From: Squalus acanthias
Taxonomy: Eukaryota
Length of the DNA stretch: 64,000 nt
Reading direction: 5' to 3'
NCBI GenBank assembly: GCA_030390025.1
Contig: CM059431.1
Coordinates: 127,288,001 to 127,352,000 of the forward strand
This document shows positions 48,797 through 61,779 of this stretch, piece by piece. Every line of letters starts with the position of its first letter. Position 1 is the first letter of the stretch. A program made the translations under genes and the position numbers. The notes under the pieces were generated by a model, which was given only the letters and a program-made list of their open reading frames with translations, was not told where the DNA came from and made no database searches.

Positions 48797-50652
48797 TTAA
48801 TAAAGACATTCCCAACATTTCTTGAGACCTCCTACTTTTTGCCCTTCGAGGGTGATCTCCGTCCCTTGCGCACTTCCCCCCCTTCCCACCCTACTGCTCC
48901 TCCGTAATGGGGCCCCAGTGGCTTCAACAAGGCTGGTGGAAGGCTGCTGAATGTCAGATTCTGAGACTACAGATGCCCTTGAAGGACACCCTTGACCAGC
49001 TCTGGGCCTCGAGGCCCCGGCTGCAGACTGCACCAACTCTGCATGGGTGGCAGCAGTCTGGGCTACAGGCGGTGGCAAGTGCAATGGGGAAGTGACAGTG
49101 GTGGGAGCAGGAATGCTGACATCCTGAGAGAGGACAGTACCTCCCTGCTCGACCGACACACTGGCACTCCCATGGGGCAGCACCTCCGCATCCGGAGCAA
49201 TCTGCTGGAGCACAGATTGCTGGCCTGCTGCGGCGCTGTGAGAGCCCCGGGGCAATGTGGCCGAACCAGCGACGATGGCAGCAGTCAGTGTGTGCGTTGC
49301 CTCAATCTGAGACTGCATGAGAGCCGTCTGAGATTGGATCACAACAGCCAGTGACTGAATTGCAGCACTAAGCAGTTGTGTTGCATCCGCCTGTGCTGCA
49401 GTGGGGTGCTCCACACTCCTTGCCAGTCCATCAATGCTTTCGGGCACCCTTCCCATTGCACCCATGAGCTGAGTGTTCATGTTCACCGCCTGGGTGTTCA
49501 TTTCAGTGATGAGCCACTCCTCCTCTGCATCCAGTGCAGCAGGACTCGCTGGCCTGCTCTCCCTCTGGGGAGAAGGCCCCCGAGCTTCCCTACCCCCACT
49601 GCGTTGCTGCTGCCCGCTGGGTCCCGGAGCTTCACCCTCATCAGACCCTTCCCCCCAGCTCCCCTCCAGGGAAGACGTGGTCCCAGTGTGGGCATGGGCT
49701 TCCTCGGGAGACGCTCGCGCTGAGGCTCTGGCTTCCTCTTCCTCTTCACCTGCGGCGTCGCTCCCACTGGCTGCTTGAGGGCCCGTCTCCTCAGCTGGTG
49801 GTTCACCATCTGAAAGCAGGGAGGTACAAGAGTGGCTTTAGCGTCACAACAGGGGGGCAGAAAGGGAGCAAGGATTGGAGCGATTTAGTAAGTTGGATTG
49901 AAAGTGTAAAAGGCTGGTGTTATGAGGGACAAGTGGATGGAGAGAGGAGAGAAAGCTGATGACCTTACCATTGCTGTCCCGAACGGGGTCGACCTCTCCA
50001 GCGGCGACGGGACCGATCACCTGGCTTGCGACGATCCTGTGGACGCGCGCCTCCAGATCGCTGAGGGTTTGCAGCTGAGGCGGCCCTCCACCCGTCTGTT
50101 GCTGCTGTCTCCTGTTGTGAGATAGCTTGGCCTGCAAGAAAAAGGACGGCGTCTGAGTAAATATACAGCCATGTGCTTGCCTGATGTGCCTCCCATAGTT
50201 GAACAGCCCTTAATGTATGCAGCCATGGTCTTGCCTGATGTGCATCCCATAGTTGAACAGCCCTTAATGTATGCAAGGTGTGGAATGTGCGTGTGTGTTT
50301 TATGAGATGGCCATAGGTCTTGGATGAGTGTTGGGTATTGGGATTTTTACACCCTCTGGGCATAGAGTGAGGTTGAGATGGAGGGATGGAGAGGTATTGA
50401 ACAGCAGCCACTCACCCTGACCACCCGAGTGAGGTCATTGAACTTTTTCCGACATTGCGTATGGGTCCTGGGCATCATGCTCCTGGAGGAGACGTGATGA
50501 GCCACTTCCCTCCACACTCTTCTGTAGTCGCGTGGCAATGGCCTCCTGTCACTCTCTGGGTACAGTATTGCTCTTCGGCGCTCCACTGCACCAACCAGAG
50601 CCACCAAGACCCGCTCGCTGAAGCGCTGAGCTCGTTCCCTGACCCTCTCCAT
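48797..50652 (-). CDS. Harbinger Myb/SANT-like DNA-binding protein, 3 exons (50652-50416, 50131-49969, 49809-48797), 470 aa
   Basis: GT-AG introns (GTGAGT/ttgcag; GTAAGG/tttcag), phases 0 and 1; 237+163+1013 = 1413 nt with no internal stop found. Confidence 0.8.
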
Positions 50653-51209
50653 AGTCCTTTGCAGAAGAATTGATGCACAGGTCTCTCTCCAGGCCAAGAT
50701 TCAAGGCTGCAATGAGCAGGGTGTGGCTGGAGAGCAAGATCGACCCTCCCCTTTAAGAACTGTCCGGCGCCAGTGTGTCTGTGTTCCATCGCTAACTGAC
50801 ATCACCTGTGCTGCGTCCGCGCTCTGAGTTAGCGCCTCGCTCCTCGGCCTTTGCGCCTTAAGACAGGTGTATAGCGCCTGATTTAGCGCTCCAATCACCT
50901 CCAGGGGCGATAGAAGCCAATTTTGCAGTCGGAGGCGATAATTTGCGCCAGGCGCTAAACTTTGCGCCCGGCCGATAATTGCTCCCCAAACGGGACGATA
51001 CCGAATTTCTCCCCAAATTTCTTCAATGATGTTAATCTCAAGTAGTCATACCCCAAGTACATAATAAGAACAATAATAATAGTAAAATACATTATTATAA
51101 AGTTATAGTTATAGAGTATTTAAAAAATATTACCACACAGTGGTAGCGCCGGATAAAAGCTGCTATCTTTGCACTGGTGAAATTACTTGTCCGACATCTA
51201 GCTTTGGCT

Positions 51210-51890
51210 GAATCTTAACTTCCTCCAGTTCAACAATAGGCAGACCGAAGCCCTGCCACAAACTCCACTCCCTTGCTACGGATTCTAACCCCTCACTGGC
51301 CACACTCTTAGGTTGAACCAAACTGTTAACAACCTCAGCATTCTGTCCAACCCTAAACTGAGCTTCAGACTCCTAATCTTTTCCATCACAAAGACCACTA
51401 ATTTACAACACTGCCCGCATCTGTGCCCCTGCCACCCACCACACCCTTGCCATTGCTGAAACCATTATATTTGTTTTTGTCACCTCCAGACCTCATTACG
51501 CCTATGACCCCTTGTTGGTCTCCCTCCACTCTCCATAAACTCCACCTTATTCATAACTCTCCTGTCCTGTATCAAACCCCATTCACCCACTCATCCATCA
51601 TCTCTGTCTCCCAATGTCACATGCTTAAAATATTTGTCCCCATTTTTAAATCCTTCCACAACAATGCTGCACTCTATCTTTGCAATTTTCTGGAACCCTA
51701 TTGGGCTCTGACTTCAGCAAAGGCTTCGGCATCCTTGGCCTTACTCTCTGCAACACACTCCCTAAATTCCTTAGCATCCCTCACTTTCCCTCTCCTTTAA
51801 AAAGCCATTTCCCACAAGCCTGTCTGTGAAGCACCTTGGGAATATTTTTGCAGTAAAAAGTTCAGTTTAAAAACAAGTTTTTCTTATCGT
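51210..51890 (+). mobile_element. Old L2 LINE 3' part
   Basis: LRLNQTVNNL, FKSFH...YLCNFL, tgtgaagcaccttggg tail. Confidence 0.75.
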
Positions 51891-52167
51891 TGAAACATCA
51901 TGATTCAGCTGTTACTTTTGGCTGCCTTCTCCCACCACAGCTCATTACTTTCCTTGGAGCAGCAAACGGTGCTGTAAGCAAAAAACCTAATAGTGTATTC
52001 ACACTACAAATTTAGAATCAGTGCAAAGCACTTTCGCCTCTGCACCATCACTAAACTTGTAAAATGCAAATCCTGCGTAAAAACCCAAAATAATTTTGAA
52101 GTGAAGTGGACTAAGAGTACCTCCTCCAAGGAGTCTCACTCCCCTTTTCTCCAGTGTCAAATTGGGC

Positions 52168-52385
52168 CCTGTGTCCTGGCCAATATTTATCTCTCAACCA
52201 TCATCACTAAAACAGATTATCTGGTCATTATCACATTGCTGTTTGTGGGACCTTGCTGTGCACAAATCAGCTGCTGCGATTTCTATATTCCAACAGTGAC
52301 TACATATCAAAAGTACTTCATTGGCTGTAAAGTGCTTTGGGGGATCCTGAGGTCATGAAAGGCGCTATATAAATGCAAGTTCTTT
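52168..52385 (+). mobile_element. Deu-domain SINE, 3' half
   Basis: gtgtcctggccaatatttatc...acagattatctggtcattatcacattgctgtttgtggga...aggcgctatataaatgcaagt. Confidence 0.85.
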
Positions 52386-52589
52386 CTTGTTTCTTTATGT
52401 GCAAAAACTTGACGTTTCCACATTCACTTTTGGAAAAAGTGGAACAATGATGGTTATTGATGAAGACTAGCCCCCTGTGTTAAAACCTTTAGTTCTTTTT
52501 TTAAATTGGTTAATGTGTTTTTAAAATGCATCAAGTACAGGAAGTAAGTTTTGGGAACATTCTTAATGAGAAGGCCATTGTAGGGTCTT

Positions 52590-54760
52590 ATCCTAAAGTT
52601 CTCCTCTAAAATTTGGTCCAAGCATTTACAATCTGCCTACAAAATTGGCAGGGAAATTATATTTCGAGGGGCAAGTTCCTCTTAATATATAAGCAGTCTG
52701 TTAATTGGAGGTAATTTTTTTGCCCATTTTTAAAGTATTTCCAGGAGTTCACAGCTTTGCTTCATGCATTTTCCAGAAGATCTGGCCCATTTAAGATTGC
52801 TACAAGGAAAACACAATGAATGTGGCCAATCCAAAAGTAGCTGCAAGAATGCCACTTAACTGGAATAAATAATGTCCTGTGGAGCTAATCCAGCTGTGAG
52901 GGCACAACTTCTGGCAGAAATAGAAAGACTGAAAGCTAAATACAATTTACCAAAGGAGATGCGCAAACCTTAGTCAGTTGGTAGAGGTCATTGCCGTAGC
53001 TGTGAGTATGGGGTCTTGTATCTGCAGAACTTGGAAGATATGTGAAAGAATGTGCCTGACTTGAAGAAAAGTGCCCAGATGAGAAATGAGGAGAACCATG
53101 ATAAAATTATAGCCTGCTATATATTTAGCGAGACACTGATACCAATCAAACTAAGTTACAGGTGTCAGATATCTTGCTTGAGTCATCTGATACCAGGTGC
53201 TGTTGCAACAAACAGAGAAGTAATGAAGACGGTTGATATCTAGTACAGAGAGCTAAAACAAGACAAGGTAGAAATGTGCAGCTGAGCAAGATTGAAGACT
53301 GACAGCCATTATTCACACGTACAGCTGACAATTACAATCCAAGCAGTCAAATATTCCATACACAAGGTACTTCATAATACGTGATGTATAAGTCCATAAA
53401 ACTGTAGCCTAAAATGCAGAGCCCAAAATATCCATTCAATCAATGTATATTTTACTTCTCCATTTAAAAAAAAGTAGCAAAAATAGAAGACACCAAATGT
53501 AGATGGTCAGAGGGTCTCAGCATGCCAGAGTTCTCACCTGCTTCAAACAGCCTGTAATGAAAGTTATTAAATGGGAGCAAATGATTTTGGTGACATATAA
53601 GGTGGAGGAGAAGCAATTATACATTGACATTCATACCTTACCTCTAAAGCTGTGTTTTAGCAGGTATAATGTACCACAAACTCTGTCATGTATTGCCTTT
53701 ACAACTACAACATGGCAAAGGATGCAGAAGGACATATAGTGCACTTCTGATTACAGATATGCCACAGGAGCAACAAGTCTCACCACAGAATTATTTGCCA
53801 TCTAACATAGGGTCCAGCTGAAAGACAATCTGGAGGGTTTAACAGGTTTGGGGGAAGAAGCACAGGGCCAACCATTTCATACTGGTGTGAAAGAGGCAGA
53901 TGTCAGGGCTGGATGAGGTTTGGCTATCACTGAGCAGAGTTGAATTCTTTATGACTCAGACCTCACGGGACCAGCTATGAAACTAAGGCTAGTTCTGGTG
54001 CGAGAATGGGTGCACAGACTCTTGCCTCTTTGCTTGGCATGCTTTTGGATGTGGCACAAGTTGTTGTTACATTCTTTGGCACCCTATATGTTTGGATTGC
54101 CATATCTGCATAGCAGTGCTGAATTTAGTTAAGCTAGAAGTACATTGAAACAGGGCACCTGTGACCTTGGTTATGCAGTAGTGAATCTCAAACTGGATAA
54201 TCCTTGGCACATCTCCTATGATTGTCTCAAGAAAGCAATTGGCAAAAAGTTTCATCATTGTTACTGTGACTGTCAGCACAGTGCTGATTTTGCTCGGCAG
54301 TTGTAGTAAATGGCACAATTCATCAATGGACTGCTTGGTGAGAGGTAGCCTCCACACTGATTGCTGCTCAGTGAGTTGGATTTAGCTCTGCCATCCCCAC
54401 AGTTGTAATGCCTGGTGTAGTAGTCCTGTCCTTTCTCTGCTGCTCTTCCTCCTCCTTCAGCTTAATGAGACTAGCCAATATACCCAAGCTGTTATATGAA
54501 CTGAAACAGTTGCCTTTATTTTTACAATGGTCTCTTTGCTCTGTGCTGCACCTCTCCACTCACTTAACACTGCTTTATAACATTTGCAGCAAAGTATATT
54601 TGCTCATTTCAATTCAAAGTAAATCTACTGTCACTTATTAAGCAAAATGATCAGACACTTATTATCCTTTGCTTGTTGCAGCAGCAATACCCAAGTACTC
54701 AAAATTCCTGTTGAATAAGTAGTCAAAATTGACACAAAACTGTTTTACTGTAATTTTATT
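52590..54760. mobile_element. Ancient two-gene Harbinger remnant
   Basis: Minus-strand LTKQSIDELCHLL...IIQFEIHYCITKVTGALF (54067-54357); plus-strand Myb-like traces at about 52900-53100. Confidence 0.6.
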
Positions 54761-55006
54761 TGAAAACTGTTTAGGTGGAATATTTCACTGCAGTAATCTA
54801 TATTGCATTGGAGTCAAATCTTGTTATTGCCTGTTGACACTTGTCAAAACTTTTGTGGCAATCAAATGGAATATCCTAATGTAAAGAAGGCTCCTTAACA
54901 ATAATAAAAATAAAGCACAATAGTTGAACATACTGATATTCTACAACCCTTTCATAGTAACAGATAAATCAGCTTGTGACTTGCCTCCCAAAAGCCAAAT
55001 AATATT

Positions 55007-55727
55007 GGCTGGAAATTGCGGTCGGAGGCTTCCCACGGGTGAATGCCTCCGAACCGCAAGTAACCCACAAGGTGCCTCCGTACCTTTGAAGACTCGCGCT
55101 CCTGGGCCTGCAGGCATATGCCTGATTAAAGGCCCACATATCCCAGGGGTGCATGCAGTTCGCAAGTGTCCCTGGGATCACGTGGGCCAGCCCAACCATT
55201 CACAAAGGGGGATTCCCATTATGCTTATTTGGATTCCGTTTACATACGGAATCCCCATAAGCTTAATAGAAATCCCCTAAAAAATACACTTTCACAACAC
55301 TGAAATAAAAATAAATCATCACATGGTCAAAATTAATTAAAATACAATCTAATTAAACATTTAACAAAAGTAAATTTTTTGAAAAATAAATGTAAACATT
55401 TTTCAATAGGCCAAAAATAATCTAAACTAATTTAAAGGTTTTTGTACGGTTAAATCATTAAAAAAAAAAAATTCTATTATTTATTTAAACCTTTACGCTG
55501 GTAAAAGAAGGCCTTACACCTGCTTTTACCAGGCATAAGAGTTTTGTGGGCATTCGCTGGGCAATAGTTGGGCAAATAGCCCAACTCTGCACCAGCCAAT
55601 GTCCATTTCCTGTGGATGGGTACGATCTGTCAAGCTGAAACTTGACAGATCGCAAGTTCCGGGTTTTCACGCATGCGCACCGCTTACGTTGTGCTTACGT
55701 GGCCATAGGCCCCGGAAAATCCGGGCC
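55007..55727. mobile_element. Harbinger-type MITE with AT-rich core
   Basis: ggctggaaattgcgg / ccggaaaatccgggcc termini. Confidence 0.65.
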
Positions 55728-56307
55728 AATGTTGTCATGTGTAGGTCAGGTAGTCGGTCAGTCATTGCATTTTGAGGCAATTCAGTAGGCTGCTGCTATG
55801 TATGTTGTACCTCTCTGACAAATTCTCATGAAATGTATTTGCACATGCAAATGTTAATTACAGACATATTAAGAAAATATCTTCACAAATATGTTAATTC
55901 TTCATTGCACCTGAGGCAGCAAATATATAATTTAGCTAATTCTACTGTATGACGCGAAAGATCAGGAAATGACTTCTGTAGACAGAGCGATTAGTTAAGT
56001 AGATTATTACTTAACTTTCAAGCACAGAGTCATTAATTCAAATCACTATGTTTCTTGTGACTTGAAGTCAATTAAGTGAATTGCATTTATTGTTATTTTG
56101 GCTGTTAGCTATAGTACTGCACAAAGTTAGATGCTCTGTCTTTGGCTGAGGAATACAACAGTCAGTATTAAACTTATCCTATTGAATTTTGCCTCCCAAT
56201 GGACAGGTATGAAGTGGAGCTGTTATTCCATTGTTGTACAATTCATATCATCCTACTGTTCCAGACAAAGGAGGATATACTGTGATCACTGAAGTGAAGA
56301 AAAAAAA

Positions 56308-57004
56308 CTTGGCTCACTGTTGTTCAGATTCCACCCAATCCTCTGCATTTTGATGCAGAGGATTGGGTGGAATAGTAAAAGAATAATTGTTCATTTTACA
56401 GATACTTCAAAAGGCAAAAATGAAGTTCAGTGGGTAAAGAGTTAAAAGCTGATTTTATACCGGCCTTGTTTTAAGTCTGATTCTAGGAGACCGTCATATG
56501 AGAGCCAACACCTGGCATGTAAACTACCAGATCCAACCTCCTTATCCTTGTGGCAGACTCATAGACCCACAAAAATCTGTGGTGATGAGTATGCCACCGT
56601 GACAAGGGAGCCTGGATTGAGCAGTGTAAACACCAGGAGCTAACTCACAGACACTAGTCTCCCGGAATCTTAATTAAACAAAGTCCAATATAAAGGCAGC
56701 TGAAGCCTGAATTGTGAATGGAGAAGAAAACTCAAAAGCATTCTGTAATAAATTGAATGATATAATCCTATTTAGTTGTGCAGAAATCTCACGTGAAGTC
56801 ACATATTTTCAGTATACTGACAGAAACTCCTAATCATACAGCACAAATAACCCCTATCTACATGATGTCTCAGTCCCAACATGCACAAGATTGAGATTCT
56901 GATTAGTAAACAGATTGACAATTAAGAAGGATGACAAATACAGTGTCCTGACTCTGCATCAAAATGCAGAGGATTGGGTGGAATCTAAACAGCAGTGAGA
57001 CAAG
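56308..57004. repeat. Inverted repeat pair of about 50 bp with a 21-bp perfect hairpin
   Basis: attccacccaatcctctgcat-tttg-atgcagaggattgggtggaat at about 56328-56373; reverse complement at about 56952-57004. Confidence 0.85.
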
Positions 57005-57560
57005 AGAATCACAATCAATAGGATGTGGAAATCCGATTTTGGATGTTATTGAACAAGACAACCTGGTAGGTATGTTGTCCAATTAATGTAATAGTACACC
57101 ATCTCATTTTATAATGCATTTGTTAGGGTTTGGGCTTCTCCCAATACTGTTTACTTACTTTCACTGTGAAAGACAGCTTCCATAGGCAAACCCACCTTCC
57201 TTATGATCTTAAATTAACATTATGCATTTAATATATGGGATATAGTGAGCTGCGAGGCAAAAAGTTCTCCTTTTCATTGCAAAGATTTTACTGGATGGTA
57301 AGTAATATTCCATTTAATCTCACATCACTTCAAAGATGGATAATATCAGTTATGCCGGATAGATTTTGTGACAGGATAAACTATTAAACAGTTTTAAAAA
57401 GAAATAGATTTACTTACAAAAGCAAGCAATATAAATGAGATGTTGAACACTGCAATACGATGCTAGAAGTAAAGAAGCAGCCCATAAGGGGTTAATCAAA
57501 CAAACGGGTCAGAGATGAAAGACCCTTTAAATTCTTACAGAAATGGTAATGAGACACATC

Positions 57561-59387
57561 GGGCGTTATTTTTGTAGCTTCCAAAAGCTCTTATAATAAT
57601 TTGTCCGTGACTACACAAACCACTCTGGGTCCAGGTATATTGTGTATCAGTAAAACAGGTTTATTAAGCATTAAACATCCAGTACAAAGAAGTAATACTT
57701 AACAAGGAGATAGTCACAGTCTTGTTCGTTTGAACCTCGGCGTTCCTTCCGAGTGACTGGCGCGGTTTCTTTATTCTCTTGCTGTGTTCTGTTGACTGAA
57801 GCTCGCGTCTCTGGTTTCTTGCTGTGTTCTGTTGACTGAAGCTCCTTCAACTCTGATTCTTGGTTCGCGCTGCCTTCAGTGTTCAATATCTGTATCTTTA
57901 TACACTTTCTCTCCCTTTTCCTACGTGACTGTAATCAGCTATCTGACACCTGGTACATGTTTTATGACCTTGTTGATTCTACTAGGTCTCGCTTTGTGCA
58001 TATCAAAGTGTCCTTTATCTTTAGATGTTCTCTTTTCAAAGACCATTTCCCAAGATGTTGTCTAAACAGTCTGTCCATTTTATAGTAGTATCTCTAACTC
58101 TTATCTCTTTTCCATCACATTACTGAATACCACCTCCCTGATAGTCTCCATAAACTTAGCACTACATTCCATTACTTCAGTAATTGAAAACAGAGCGAGT
58201 TTCAGTCAGGTTGGCATAATTTCCCATCCTGCCTTTCTCTCAGCCATTTGCCATTTTATACAGGCTTTTAGGCTTTTAACATACAATTTCACATATTATA
58301 GTTATACAAAAATTTTTACTAAATCATACAGATACACCCTATCCTACATTTTGGTGAAAGGGTAAAAATAGGCGCTAAGTAGGTTCTGTGCTAATCAGAC
58401 ACACCTGTTTGAAAGTCTGGTTTTACCCTGCAATTTTGGCGCTAATTGATCATTATCATGATTTAAACTTGCCTGAAGGCACTAAAACAGACACCTGTAG
58501 GTTTAGCACTCAAGCGCTGATTAGAAGCAATTTTCGTGGAGCAGTATATGTAGCCTCCACGCACCGATTTCCACTGAAGGTGTGGAGTGTGCTGGCTGAC
58601 ACACAGCGGCAGGTTTCAGGATGGCTCAGGGACCAAGTGAGAGGGCACACAGGTTCTCGGACACAGCACTGGAGGTCCTGGGGGAGGAGGTCCAGAGCAG
58701 GAGGGGTGTCCTGTACCCACAGGGGGGGAAAGAGCCCACCTCGCCCTCCTGTCCCTCTCTCCTGCAGCATCTCGGGCTGCTCTGCTTAGCCTCATGTCCT
58801 CTTCCCATTCCTCCTCCAGTCCAAGGGGGACCCCTAGCAAAATGCCCATGACCAAGCACTCCCTTTCTCCTGGTGACTCCTATAAGGTGTCCAATAAGGT
58901 AGAGTAGCACAGCACTCACTCTATTCAGGTGAAGTCCTCAGAGAATTTCCAGAATAAATGTTGATAGAGTGTTGGTGAAGTCTTGACAAAGTGTCCCAGC
59001 AGTCGCCCGATGTGTCTCAAAAGTCCTCCTCAAACCTCCAGCAGCAAGTGAACAGTGAAAGCTGAGCATGTCTTTAAGTAGCGCTCGAAATCCTCAACAA
59101 CATCTTGTTTACTGCTGTGCAGCTGGTCACTGTTAGGGCAGGTCGTTAATTGAAGCGCTAGGCACCTAAATACCATGCAGCCTCTGTAATGAGCGCTAGC
59201 AGGCAATTTAATTGTTAATCAAGCTTTTAACAATCCTCCGGGCGGCCGTTCCTAGTGCATGCTTCAGCTCTTTTACTAAGATGGCGTCTTGCATTTAAGG
59301 CGAGCTAAATCGGCGGTGCAGCTCAAGACCCCATCTTGGCCAGCTTGGAGGCTCTTTAGCGCCTAAAGTATCCGCGGAAAATTGCCA
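57561..59387. mobile_element. Internally deleted Harbinger split by a solo LTR
   Basis: gggcgttatttt / aaaattgccc termini; Myb start MAQGPSERAHRFSDTALEVL at 58621. Confidence 0.75.
57573..58348 (-). mobile_element. Solo LTR, 776 bp
   Basis: TGTAG...CTACA termini; TSD tttt; minus-strand GTATAAAG near 57900 and AATAAA at 57660-57665; internal duplication of about 28 bp. Confidence 0.8.
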
Positions 59388-61779
59388 CCATCATATCTTA
59401 ATAATCTTATAATGAAACATTAGCATGTCAAAATAATTTGTCCTCTTCAAAGAGGTACTGTGCCAGTTAGCCAGATGTCTTCTCTCCAAACAAGCACTCA
59501 GGGAGGTAGATTTTCATGAGTCCGCATCCATCAGGCGGGAGGTGGGTGGAGCGAGCGAGCTGTCCACCTGATGGGAATGGTCGGTGGCCTGAACCATTTT
59601 CATGGTTAGACCTCAATTAAATATAATCGATGAGCTGCCAGTGTTAAATGGGCACTAATAGGCAGCTCTTCGATCACAGCTCCCCTACGGAGCCAAGCTG
59701 ATCCAATCACAGTAGTAAAGGGAGAGGATACGGGAGGGCCGCAAGGGGTTGGACATTGCAGGGGGTGGGGGGGGGGGGCATCTATTTCTGTCACAGCATG
59801 CTTATGTAAATTAGAAATATATTATAAAATTCATTGTGAGTTTAGATAAAGGTCAAAGAGGCTATTTTTCTAAGCAGATCTCTGGACATTGCCTATATCC
59901 CATGGGTTACTTAATGAATTTTGACCTTGATCTCATATTGATTATAATAAAGAAACAATATGTAGGTATATTTTAAAATTCAAAGTGTATCTCACTATTT
60001 TTACCTTTCATTTTCAGCTTAGTACTGAGCTCATTAAATGAATACTTATGGTTAGTATTTCTTTTAGTCTGGGGATTTGCATGTTAAAAGACATTATGTA
60101 GTTTTTGAATTATAGAAATATTTAAATCTTTAATTTCTATGACTATTTTTCATAATAGCGGCGACCAACTCTGAAGAAACTGCAATCACTATAAATGTAC
60201 ACTGAAGAATACACATCGTTAACAAAAAGCTAACTAGATTGCAGTGATATAGCCCATAGATTCGGGAGCACCCATTTCTGGACAAATGGGGAGGTGGGAG
60301 GCAGGGGGTCAGGGTACGATCCCTGCGCCAGAATGGAGAAGTCCGGGACCCCCAATATTGGACCTCGGACCTCATTAGCATCAGGCCAGTGTGGCAGGAG
60401 GAGCCCACCGGCGAAGTGTGAAGCAAGATCTTGTCGCTGCTGGCACGTAGCGGCCCTCAGGTAAGCGAAGGCCGGGGGTGGGGTGGGGGGGTGGGAGCTC
60501 AGAAGCGGCAGGGTGAGGGCAGAGATCAGGCCTCGGAGAGGGATCGGTGACTGGTGGGGGGTGGGCGAGAGGTGATCTATTGAGAAACAGGCGCTGTGGG
60601 GCCAAATGTCTAGGCCAAGGTGTCAGTCACTTTGTTAATCCACCCGACAATGCAGAAGGTCAATGCATTTTGGTTTGGGCAACATTTTAAGCTTTTCTAT
60701 CTGATTTTTGATATTACTGACTTGCTTGATAGATGTGCCTCTTTAGAATGAAAATCTGAATCAGCCTTTTGTGGGTTTTTTTTTTAAAACAGCGTTTTCA
60801 TATATTGTTGAACTTATATTGGCCACATGCAGTTTAAATCCTTGGGAATATATGAAGTGGGCAATGAATTTACATTCTGCATTTACCTATGAGCTCACCC
60901 TTGACACAGTCTAATTGTTTCAAACTCTGCAACAGTACCAGTCTTCAAATTTGGCAGCACTCTTTCCATCTATCTCTGTGAATTGCATACATGAAAACGA
61001 TAGCGCACAAAAACAATTATCCTTAAGGTATTGAGAGTTCTAGCAATACTGTGAACAAGGCAAAATCAATAAATCTTTAACGAAATTGTGAGTGTTGGTA
61101 ATGCTGCTGTTTTAATAGTTTTGGTTTCAATATTCTCAAAGGAAAACTGCAGGCTTCATAATTTATATTCCATACGTGGAATACTCCTTTGGTTTCAGTT
61201 CTAGTCATTATTTGTTATCTTTCGATGCTGATACAAACATTAGTGGAGAGACAAGTAGAAATGGAACAGTCAATGATGGGATTGCTCATATTCAGTAATT
61301 GCTCTCTTGGACTACCATCCAAACTCAAATAATAATTTATGTTACATACATCAAAAATTGTCAGCTATTCTTAAGGCACATCTAATCACTTTATTTACAA
61401 TTTAGAGAATGATGTTCAGTTGGCAAGTTACCACACTTATTTTCCTCTACCATCTCCACCTTTGATATCTTCCCTCTTCCCAGTGCAGTGTTTCTATTTC
61501 AGCCTCCTTCTGTATGCCTTTATCTTAGGCCCCTTTCTGCCGTGTCTCCATTTCAGACCCCTCCCATTCCCTTAATTATATCTTCGATCCCTGGCATCTG
61601 TTCCATGTCAGCATTAGCTTCAAATCTTGCTTTCATTAGCTTCCTATCCTTCCTTGATTCTGCACATTCACAGCCTATTTTGGAGCAAAGCTATCCCACT
61701 ATCCATTACATTAGTAAAAGGGATAGACCAAAACTGAGAGTGATGGATGGAAATATAGAAAGCAGGAAGTAGCTGGGCC

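Larger units (their letters stand above)
47298..51014. mobile_element. PIF/Harbinger with deleted transposase and open Myb/SANT gene
   Basis: TIRs gggagaaaaattcgg / ccgaatttctcccc; repeated subterminal gcgc motifs; convergent genes. Confidence 0.92.

Noticed and set aside
50165..50275. Tandem duplication of about 55 bp
   Set aside because: An ordinary duplication inside Myb intron 1 with no effect on the splice sites.
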